Virus record (IMG/VR): IMGVR_UViG_2767802354_000003
Span: 4,685-68,684 of that record
Source: a virus
Taxonomy: Duplodnaviria > Caudoviricetes
DNA: 64,000 bases
Strand: one strand, 5' to 3'
The notes under the pieces were generated by a model, which saw only the letters and a list, made by a program, of their open reading frames with translations, was not told the DNA's origin and did not search any database. Positions 29,225 through 36,550 of the stretch are shown here, piece after piece. Position 1 is the first letter of the stretch. The number at the start of each line of letters is the position of its first letter. The position numbers and the translations under genes are program-made.

Positions 29225-29404
29225 ATGACACGCATAAACACCACCGAAATTTGGGAGCGACACGGCTACAGAGTCGAGCGCATCGAGCAAGTCATGGGCG
29301 CTCCACAGCGCAATATCTATGGCCCTGATGGCGTGCTGCTGATCGAGGACGCTGAGTACACCCAGGAGACAGAAGCGCTGCGCGACCTCGGCTTCATCGA
29401 CTGA
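29225..29404 (+). CDS. First pL gene, hypothetical (59 aa)
   Basis: MTRINTTEIWERHG...LRDLGFID; homologous fragment at 63918-64000. Confidence 0.7.
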   Translation: MTRINTTEIWERHGYRVERIEQVMGAPQRNIYGPDGVLLIEDAEYTQETEALRDLGFID

Positions 29405-29532
29405 CTGCGGCTTCAGCTGCGACAACATGGTGGGGCGTCTATTTTTTCAAGAGCACCGTTTAAGGTCATTTAAAAGCGTACTGTGGGACAAGGCAGTCAA
29501 TCTTGACCAGCCACCTTAGACCGGAGGTCTAT

Positions 29533-29694
29533 TTGTCAGGTAACCCCATTCCCATCTCTACCCCATCTTTTTGGAACACCTTGAAGCTGATGTTTTTTAT
29601 CACTGATGGGCTACCAGCTCCACAGCAACAAGGCAAGCCTCGTGTCCCTAAAGAAAAGAATGAGGAAGAGCAGCAGCAGCAACGCAAACAGTAG
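29533..29694 (+). CDS. Microprotein A1 (53 aa, TTG start)
   Basis: Start 1 nt after the SD hairpin; ungapped similarity to A2. Confidence 0.6.
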   Translation: MSGNPIPISTPSFWNTLKLMFFITDGLPAPQQQGKPRVPKEKNEEEQQQQRKQ

Positions 29695-29749
29695 CGAAAG
29701 AGAGCTACTTTTTAACTCAGGGTTGCGCTACCGCCCTAGCAAGCACACC

Positions 29750-29770
29750 AGCCACCTCCGGGTGGCTTTT
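29750..29770 (+). terminator. GCCACC/GGTGGC-family intrinsic terminator (also 30080, 30954, 31531, 32426)
   Basis: Same 6-7 bp stem with variable loop and T tract, five times in 2.7 kb. Confidence 0.8.
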
Positions 29771-29855
29771 GCTTGCGCCGTTTAAGGTCATTTAAAAGCG
29801 TAATGTGGACGCATGCGAGTCACTTTTGCTTCGCAGCTTTAGACCGGAGGTCTAT

Positions 29856-30035
29856 ATGTTTCCACTCCTTGTGTACCAAAGATATGTCGCGTTTTGGCAT
29901 GACATGTGGTCGATCATCCTTGAGCCCATCTCTGAGCTCCCGCCAAGCCCTTCAAGCTTCGATCAAGAGCCTTCAGCAAAGCCAGAAACGCCACCATCCA
30001 CGCTCGGCCCAGATGCAGCCAACGACAAGCCCTGA
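29856..30035 (+). CDS. Microprotein B1 (59 aa)
   Basis: ATG after SD hairpin; 25/59 identical to B2. Confidence 0.7.
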   Translation: MFPLLVYQRYVAFWHDMWSIILEPISELPPSPSSFDQEPSAKPETPPSTLGPDAANDKP

Positions 30036-30242
30036 TTGACACGTTCACGCCCCAGACTAAGCAGAAAGCCATGATCCTCAGCCACCTTTTCAGGTGGCTT
30101 TTCTTTGAGGAAACTGCTGCGGTTTAAGGCCTATTCGAGCATTGCTGACATGGACTTTGAGACCGCCGTTTAAGGTCATTAAAAAGAGTACCGTGGACTC
30201 ATGTGGCCTATCTTGGACCGCTGCCATAGACCGGAGGTCTAT

Positions 30243-30461
30243 ATGTCTTTCATCGACAAAACTATCTTCAACATCCGCTCCCGGCTTCCCGCCGTGAAAC
30301 AGGAAGTCGATTCCCGGAGCGTGGCGGATGACGACCGAATCTTTCACACGCCATTTCAAACGGATGCACAGCTGCAGGAGGAATCACCTGAGCAGATGCT
30401 GCGCAAAAAAACGAACCGCCTTTTGCTGCAAGCGGTCCTCAACAAAATCTCTGCCGCTTGA
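30243..30461 (+). CDS. Microprotein C (72 aa)
   Basis: ATG after SD hairpin. Confidence 0.65.
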   Translation: MSFIDKTIFNIRSRLPAVKQEVDSRSVADDDRIFHTPFQTDAQLQEESPEQMLRKKTNRLLLQAVLNKISAA

Positions 30462-30485
30462 GCAAGCTTCTGACCGGAGGTCTAT

Positions 30486-30665
30486 ATGTTTTCACTACTT
30501 GGCTACAAACGTCAGTCCGAGTTCTGGCGTGATATGTGGGTGATGCTCCTCGAGCCGATTTCAAAGATTCAACCCATCGAACCCAGTCTCGATTCACCAC
30601 TCGCACCGACGCCAAAAGCCCCACAGCCCAGCTCCGAAACACCTGCTGTCAACGACAAGGCGTGA
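30486..30665 (+). CDS. Microprotein B2 (59 aa; not in ORF track)
   Basis: MFSLLGYKRQSEFWRDMWVMLLEPIS...NDKA; paralog of B1. Confidence 0.7.
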   Translation: MFSLLGYKRQSEFWRDMWVMLLEPISKIQPIEPSLDSPLAPTPKAPQPSSETPAVNDKA

Positions 30666-30724
30666 CAGCACCATACGGAGACGCAGCGAGCCCGTAGCTC
30701 GCGCGTGTCAGTCTGGAGGTCTAT

Positions 30725-30907
30725 ATGTCAGTAAGCCGCATCCCATCTTCATTCCTGAGGGTTTGGAGAACAGTCAGACGAGTCTTCGCCAGAGGCGAGC
30801 CACTCCCCAGTCCACCCAACATCGAACAGTGCGGACCTCCTGAAAAAGACAAGAGGAGGCAAGAGGAGAGGCAATCGCGCATGCGCCATAGCTATCGATA
30901 CTGGTAG
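30725..30907 (+). CDS. Microprotein A2 (60 aa)
   Basis: GGAGGTCTATATG start context; paralog of A1. Confidence 0.6.
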   Translation: MSVSRIPSSFLRVWRTVRRVFARGEPLPSPPNIEQCGPPEKDKRRQEERQSRMRHSYRYW

Positions 30908-31258
30908 CAAGAGTGTTCGACAGCTCCCACGATTACGTGGCTTCATTTTCAACAGCCACCTTCTAAGGTGGCTTTTTTGTGCCCGGAGATCTTGAGATGT
31001 GAGCATTCAGCCAACATGTGCCATACATGCGCCCTCTCCCGCAGGGCTATAGCGGGGCCATCAAGAAAGAGCGCGGCAATGAAAAACTGCAACGTGGGTG
31101 GAGTTGGGTAATCCGCTCTTTTTCTTGATGGTGCCGGGGGTCGGCTCCCCGGCTCTTACAAAGCAAGCCTGAAAGGGCCTGGCTGGAAAACTGCAAGAGG
31201 GTAATCGCACTGGCCACAGGTGCCCATCATGACCACCCCGGGAAAGTAGCGGGGGCTA

Positions 31259-31364
31259 TCTGGCGTGACTGCTCGAGCAAGTACGGCAACTCAGGAATGG
31301 GCCTGGGTTGGCGGCAGTCACGAGCACGGCGCATCCGCGTCGTGGCGACAGTGGTCACGCCAGA
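31259..31364 (+). ncRNA. Putative structured RNA, family X copy 1
   Basis: 15-bp closing stem with G-U pairs plus two internal hairpins; homologous to copies 2 and 3; strand inferred from G-U pairs and operon direction. Confidence 0.6.
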
Positions 31365-31570
31365 GGGTTTAACAACTTTTCTTAACGTAAATAAGCTTCA
31401 GATGTGGTTCGTCGCGGCGAGCGAATGCGACAAAAGCACTCATTGCGCAGCATCAGACGATAGGCTGTGAATTTATTTCAGTAACATCCGCCTTAGGCCC
31501 AGCTATTAGGACGTAGGTGGAGCCTCTTACGCCACCCACAAGGTGGCTTTTTTTGTCCTGAATTCAGGGC

Positions 31571-31682
31571 CATCCGGCGTTACTGCTTGAACAGGCATGC
31601 CCCCAAGAATTTGCCTGGGTCGCCGTCTATTGGGAGCGCGGCGCGGCTTCCGCGTCGTGAGCGACAGCGGTCACGCCAGATG
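31571..31682 (+). ncRNA. Putative structured RNA, family X copy 2
   Basis: CATCCGGCGTTACTGCT/AGCGGTCACGCCAGATG closing stem; 10-bp inner hairpin. Confidence 0.55.
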
Positions 31683-31763
31683 ACGTAGAGCCCGTTTATG
31701 AGCCCACACACATCTTGATTCCGTCACTCTCTTTGGGCAAAATTTGCGTCACGTACCTGTTTT

Positions 31764-31876
31764 GCCGGGCCTGGGGTCACAGACTCCTTTCACTTCCGCA
31801 ACTTGCCCAGGCATGACCAAATAGGTCGCCGGCTTTTTATTCGTGCCCGCAGCAACTGCTTGCGGGCTTTTCTTTT
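31764..31876 (+). ncRNA. Putative sRNA, family Z copy 1
   Basis: GCCGG/CCGGC, GCCTGGG/CCCAGGC, GACC/GGTC three-stem junction plus terminator. Confidence 0.6.
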
Positions 31877-32050
31877 GCCGCCGGCAGTTCAAGCTAAAAA
31901 ACAGGATACACATAGTGGAAAACAGGCCCCCTAGATGCGCACCACCACAGCCGCATGAGTAGACATGGGGCTATCCAGTTTGGTGTAAGACGAGCTCCTA
32001 TTGATCACCCAAAAAGCATCGTGCAGAATTCGACGCCATCTACCTGTTAC

Positions 32051-32163
32051 GCCGGGCCTGGGGTTAACTCCTCCCTCCCTTTCTGACCTCTTCCCCAGGC
32101 ATGGCCCGAAAGGGTCACCGGCTCTTTACTCAAGCCCGCAGCTACCGCTCGCGGGCTTTTTTT
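32051..32163 (+). ncRNA. Putative sRNA, family Z copy 2 (CU-rich anti-SD loop)
   Basis: Same junction; loop CTCCTCCCTCCCTTTCTGACCTCTT; GAAA tetraloop; terminator. Confidence 0.65.
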
Positions 32164-32179
32164 GCCCACAGGAGACCAC

Positions 32180-32236
32180 ATGCACTCAAGTCCAATCACC
32201 ACCCGCACGACAAAACTGCTACTTGCCAAGCAATAG
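32180..32236 (+). pseudogene. Truncated paralog of the 45-aa TM peptide (TGG to TAG)
   Basis: MHSSPITTRTTKLLLAKQ* then ALTGLGL, aligning to MHSTQTTAYNTKLLLAAQWALTGLGL. Confidence 0.6.
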
Positions 32237-32467
32237 GCGCTCACAGGCTTAGGCCTCGCATGTACCTTCCCCCGCAGGGCTATAGCTAGACCACATCAAA
32301 TAGTAAATATGAATTAATTCTTGAACACCAATAGAAAATGTTGACAACATCAGATGTTAGTGAAAGTATTCACCCTAAGTAAGTCTTTGAATGAGCGCTG
32401 CTCGTGTGTGAGTGAAGCCTCTTTAAGCCACCCTCCGCAGGGTGGCTTTTTTTGCACCAAAGTCAGT

Positions 32468-32580
32468 GCCATCCGGTGTGACCACTCGAGCAGGTACGGC
32501 AGTTCAGGAATAGGCCTGGGCGGGCGGCAATTAGGAACGCGGCACTTTGCGTCGTGGCGACAGTGGTCACACCAGATGGC
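32468..32580 (+). ncRNA. Putative structured RNA, family X copy 3
   Basis: 18/19-bp closing stem with compensatory changes relative to copy 1. Confidence 0.6.
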
Positions 32581-32589
32581 AAGTCAGGT

Positions 32590-32850
32590 TTACTTCTTCC
32601 CACCACCGACAAGGTAGACGTTGCCCTCGGCCACGTTATTGAGAAGCTCGCGATACGCATTCACCAAGTGATCGCGGCCAAGCCTGAACTCGGGATCCGT
32701 TCTATCAGGTCCGTCCTGATGCTTAGCATCCAGCTGTGCAGCGCGCAGCTCTCTCGCCGCTTGATGGGCAGTCTCGCGCGGTAGCGCCTTGACGACTGCC
32801 GTCAAGATCATCGACAGCGCAGCAAATGCGCCAGATTCCTCCTGGGTCAT
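32590..32850 (-). CDS. Hypothetical protein (86 aa), antisense insert
   Basis: AGACTGGAGGT RBS context; helical protein. Confidence 0.6.
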   Translation of the reverse strand: MTQEESGAFAALSMILTAVVKALPRETAHQAARELRAAQLDAKHQDGPDRTDPEFRLGRDHLVNAYRELLNNVAEGNVYLVGGGKK

Positions 32851-32887
32851 GAGGCACCTCCAGTCTGATGACCCATTCTAGTTTCCA

Positions 32888-32997
32888 GCCGGGCCTGGGG
32901 TTTATCTCCTCCCTCCCTCTCTGACCCATTCCCCAGGCAGACCCGAAAGGTCACCGGCTCTTTATTCAAGCCCGCAGCAAACGCTCGCGGGCTTTTT
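32888..32997 (+). ncRNA. Putative sRNA, family Z copy 3
   Basis: Same junction; loop ATCTCCTCCCTCCCTCTCTGACC; terminator. Confidence 0.65.
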
Positions 32998-33019
32998 CGT
33001 TACCCACACAGGAGATTCC

Positions 33020-33157
33020 ATGCATTCGACTCAAACCACCGCCTACAACACAAAGCTGCTGCTCGCGGCGCAATGGGCTCTTACCGGCCTCGGCCTGTTC
33101 TGCCTGGTCGGCGCAGCCGTGGTGATCGCACTCACGCCAGAACCCTGGCCCCTCTGA
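33020..33157 (+). CDS. Small single-TM peptide (45 aa; not in ORF track)
   Basis: CAGGAG RBS; WALTGLGLFCLVGAAVVIAL hydrophobic segment. Confidence 0.65.
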   Translation: MHSTQTTAYNTKLLLAAQWALTGLGLFCLVGAAVVIALTPEPWPL

Positions 33158-33190
33158 GCATTCAACCTTGAAAACTGACAGGAGAGACTC

Positions 33191-33388
33191 ATGCTGAAGA
33201 CGATTGTCGACTCCCTGCTGGTCATCGTTGGCGCAATGCTTCTCGCAGCCTGGCTGTCCGCGCCTGATGCCCAAGCCGATGAACCCAAAACCTTCACCCA
33301 AAGCCTGCGCGATGAGTTCGCCTGCCCGGGCATGCATGCCGAGTGGCTGGACGAGAAGACCGTGCAATGCCTGAAAGAGCAACCGTAG
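33191..33388 (+). CDS. Small membrane-anchored/exported protein (CPGM motif)
   Basis: N-terminal hydrophobic helix; CPGM..W.....V.C.KE shared with 33614-33883. Confidence 0.7.
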   Translation: MLKTIVDSLLVIVGAMLLAAWLSAPDAQADEPKTFTQSLRDEFACPGMHAEWLDEKTVQCLKEQP

Positions 33389-33613
33389 ATTGGCCATGAC
33401 ATGACCTTTTTGCAGGAAGTCTTTTCGCTCTTCTTGCACATAAGGATAGAGAATAGGCATTGCAAAATTCATTGCAATAGTTTGTCTTCAGACAGAGCTT
33501 TTGCCTTTCGCTGCGCAGACGTCCATTGGAGGTCATCAACATGCGAGCTCTAAGGCGCCAAAGGGTGCAATAGCGGCCGTTGCGTTCGCATCCATCAACA
33601 TAGACTGAAGCGT

Positions 33614-33883
33614 ATGGCAAAGCCACCAATCCAGCTTGAGTACCTACCCAAGAGGCGAAGCAGCAGGAACCACCTCCTCTGGAGGGCAGGATTCTTCTTG
33701 AGCGCCTCGGCGGTTCTGCTGACTTGCCTGGTCATGGAAGGCTGTAAGCCCGAATCGGGAAAGAAGTTTGAGGAAACAACTGCTGCATTCAAAAATTCAG
33801 CGCTTAGCGCCTGGCATTGCCCAGGAATGACAGCCATTTGGGTCAGCGAAAATATTGTGAAGTGCGTCAAAGAAGAGCGTTGA
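33614..33883 (+). CDS. Paralogous small membrane protein (CPGM motif)
   Basis: Hydrophobic segment; HCPGMTAIWVSENIVKCVKE. Confidence 0.65.
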   Translation: MAKPPIQLEYLPKRRSSRNHLLWRAGFFLSASAVLLTCLVMEGCKPESGKKFEETTAAFKNSALSAWHCPGMTAIWVSENIVKCVKEER

Positions 33884-33952
33884 GCTCGAAAATTTAAAAA
33901 TGCAAAAAGCCCACACCTTTACAGATGTGGGCTTTTTTACGCCAAGTAAAAA

Positions 33953-34204
33953 TTACTTGCGTGTGTTGGCTAGAGATACAGAGATAACTCGACCACCCAA
34001 TGACTGATCATTCAGGGAGTCGATCGCTGTCTTTGCTTGGGCAGCAGTGCCCATTTCAACAAAGCCGAAGCCGCGCGATTGACCTGTATTGCGATCCATT
34101 ATGACTTCAGAGGAAATAACATCCCCACAGCTTGAAAAATGTGATTTCAGTGTTTCGCGATCGATGCCATAGCCAAGATTGGAGACGTAGAGATTGCTTT
34201 GCAT
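33953..34204 (-). CDS. RRM (RNP-1) RNA-binding protein, copy 1
   Basis: RNP2 LYVSNL and RNP1 RGFGFVEM. Confidence 0.95.
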   Translation of the reverse strand: MQSNLYVSNLGYGIDRETLKSHFSSCGDVISSEVIMDRNTGQSRGFGFVEMGTAAQAKTAIDSLNDQSLGGRVISVSLANTRK

Positions 34205-34337
34205 ACAGTACCTTCTAAATGAATTTCGCTACTTATTTTTCAGAGCGAAAGATGATTCCCAAGAGAACCACGAGAGTGCTTTGGTGAAGATTAGTCAGTA
34301 GCCAAAGCTTCTACTGAGGGTTGAAAAATGATCCAGC

Positions 34338-34556
34338 TCAATTCAGCTGGTGGCCAAGCACCATGCTCCGGCCTTCAGCCAAAGCATATTTAGAGGCAAG
34401 CGACTCATCAGAAAAATTCGGAATGAACCGAAAAATTCGGTCATAAGTTCCGCGACGAATAGAGACAGCAGCAGTGAATTGACCACTTGCGTCAGTCTGG
34501 GTGAGAGGTGTGACCACGTAGCGGCCAATCTGCTCTGTAGTGTTTTTGTGCAGCAT
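34338..34556 (-). CDS. Conserved small hypothetical protein, copy 1
   Basis: 55/72 identical to 38869-39087. Confidence 0.8.
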   Translation of the reverse strand: MLHKNTTEQIGRYVVTPLTQTDASGQFTAAVSIRRGTYDRIFRFIPNFSDESLASKYALAEGRSMVLGHQLN

Positions 34557-34947
34557 GAAAGCGAACGATCACACGCACGATTGCGCAGACCGTCAAATGA
34601 GATAGGGAAGGCCCGTGCTAAGTGCAGGGGGCAACGCAGATCCGCGAGGATGTTCAGGATCTGGTGGAGTTCGCCTAGAGGGGTGTGACCACCGCGTGCT
34701 TTGCTAGAAGAGCGGCTACCTGCGGCCAAGGGGCGGCATTGGTGTCAGACAGGCGCTGTTGGGGCGAACGGCCTTAACAGCGAGTGAAACCAGTATAGGT
34801 GAACTGAAAGACCTTTGGTTGGAAATCTTCCGTTACCCCGACCTGACGCCCCTCACATCAAAGACTTCAAAAATAAATTGATAGACCACTAAGGATTAAC
34901 CATGTACTGTGGGCCTAGCGTTCGCATATTTATAGAGAGCCTCACCA

Positions 34948-35130
34948 ATGACCAAAACTAAAAAATCAACAGTTCACCATGTCGTGGAGGCCAAGCGATG
35001 GGAGCTCAGTCGCGAAAAAGAGCGCATCACCTACCCTCCTGAACATGCCGGCCCCGTGCAAATGGAATGGCGCAAGCGAGAAAACTACTCCGCCACCGAC
35101 CTCGACTACCGAGGCCGCAGCAAGATTTAG
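34948..35130 (+). CDS. Small basic hypothetical protein, copy 1 (60 aa)
   Basis: 49/60 identical to 39491-39673. Confidence 0.75.
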   Translation: MTKTKKSTVHHVVEAKRWELSREKERITYPPEHAGPVQMEWRKRENYSATDLDYRGRSKI

Positions 35131-35359
35131 AGAGCCTCCACAGAATTGCCTTTGCCCGCCATTGAGCGGGCTTTTTTATGAGTATCACCAGCATGACAAA
35201 CACCACCACTGACAAGCGTTGCGGAAGCTGCGGCGCCCCTCTTCCTAAAGACTTCAAAGAAGAGCAGGGTCAACCACTTCCTTGCGGCCACTAACAGCCA
35301 CAACTTCCCCAACATCAGAGCCCGCCAATCAGCGGGCTTTTTCTATTTCTGGAGTCTCA

Positions 35360-36550
35360 ATGTTCAAGAGCATGACCATTTACCGCCTTGCCAAGAGCTG
35401 GCAAAGCGATCTGCAGGCGCTGAAAAATTCCCTGCAAAAGACGGTGTTTGAAGAGTGCGGCGCGACCCAAGAGCGCTCCGTGGGCTGGGTTCCGCCGCGC
35501 GGCGAGCAGCACGGCCCGCTGGTCGAGTCCGTGGCCGGCCAGTGGGTCATGCGCTTCATGACCGAGGCCAAGGTGCTGCCGGCCAGCGTGCTCAACCGTA
35601 AGGTCAACGAAAAGGCCGAGCACATCGAAAAGACCGAAGGCCGCAAGCCCGGCAAGAAGGAAAAGCGCGAGCTCAAGGACGAGGCCAAGCTGGACCTGTT
35701 ACCCATGGCCTTCACCAAGCAGGGCAGCATGTGGGTCTGGATCGATCCGCAGGCGCGCACCCTGGTGCTCGATACCAGCGCCCAGGGCCGCGCCGACGAG
35801 ATGGTGACGCTGCTGGTCGAAGGCCTGCCCGGCTTTGCCCTGGCCCTGCTGGATACCCAGACCAGCCCACAGGCCGCCATGGCGCACTGGCTGATGACAC
35901 AAGAGCCGCCCGCAGGCTTCACTGCCGACCGCGAGACAGAGCTGAAAGCCGCCGACGAGTCCAAGGCCGTGGTGCGCTACGCACGCCACCCGCTGGATAT
36001 TGATGAAGTCCGCCAGCACATCGAGCACGGCAAGCTACCCACCAAACTGGCCATGACCTGGGACGACCGAGTGAGCTTTGTACTGACCGAAGGCCTGCAG
36101 ATCAAGAACATCACGCTGCTGGATGCTGTCATGGATGGCAACAGCAAGGACGATGGCGGCTTCGATACCGATGTGGCCATTGCCACCGGCGAGCTGTCGC
36201 GCCTGATTCCCGACCTGATCGAAGCATTGGGCGGCGAAGGCCGCACCCGCCTGGGCGACCTGCCCGCCTCGCTTCAGAACGCGCCTGCTGCGAAAACTCT
36301 GCCAGCAAGCACTGCCAGGACCGCGCCCGCCCCGCACTGCGAAGCTGCTGGCGACGGTCGGGACCCGCTCTATGCCGAGGCCGTTGAACTGGTGCGCAAG
36401 GACCAGAAGCCAAGCGTCTCCTATGTGCAGCGCAAGCTGTTGATTGGCTACAACCGGGCCGCCGCCTTGCTGGAGCGCATGCAGGCCGAGGGACTGGTGT
36501 CGCGCATGGATGGCAGCGGCAAGCGCACGCTTTTGACGCCGCCCGCCTAG
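35360..36550 (+). CDS. rdgC: RdgC recombination-associated protein with C-terminal FtsK-gamma-like winged helix
   Basis: SVGWVPPRG, KVLPASV, GKLPTKLAMTW RdgC motifs; C-terminal DPLYAEAV...SVSYVQRKLLIGYNRAAALLERMQAEGLVS. Confidence 0.9.
   Translation: MFKSMTIYRLAKSWQSDLQALKNSLQKTVFEECGATQERSVGWVPPRGEQHGPLVESVAGQWVMRFMTEAKVLPASVLNRKVNEKAEHIEKTEGRKPGKKEKRELKDEAKLDLLPMAFTKQGSMWVWIDPQARTLVLDTSAQGRADEMVTLLVEGLPGFALALLDTQTSPQAAMAHWLMTQEPPAGFTADRETELKAADESKAVVRYARHPLDIDEVRQHIEHGKLPTKLAMTWDDRVSFVLTEGLQIKNITLLDAVMDGNSKDDGGFDTDVAIATGELSRLIPDLIEALGGEGRTRLGDLPASLQNAPAAKTLPASTARTAPAPHCEAAGDGRDPLYAEAVELVRKDQKPSVSYVQRKLLIGYNRAAALLERMQAEGLVSRMDGSGKRTLLTPPA

Larger units (their letters stand above)
29456..30484 (+). 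repeat. Repeated upstream module: CCGTTTAAGGTCATTWAAAAG x3 and SD hairpin TAGACC-GGA-GGTCTA x3 plus TGACCGGAGGTCTA
   Basis: Palindrome at 29456, 29778, 30166; hairpin at 29517, 29840, 30227, 30471; degenerate copy at 30711. Confidence 0.9.

Noticed and set aside
29456-29476. TTTAA-N6-TTAAA as a dif/Xer site or lambda CII-type site
   Set aside because: No match to XerC/XerD arm consensus. Placing the N6 as a -35 gives no -10 at 17 nt on either strand. Kept only as an unassigned operator-like dyad
29517-29531. GGA-loop hairpin as a CsrA/RsmA site
   Set aside because: Context is CCGGA rather than ANGGA and no csrA homolog is in the window; possible but unsupported
29456-33000. Repeats as a CRISPR or TIGR-type array
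   Set aside because: Repeat-to-repeat distances are irregular (hundreds of bp), units contain ORFs and terminators, and no cas or Nop-domain gene is in the window
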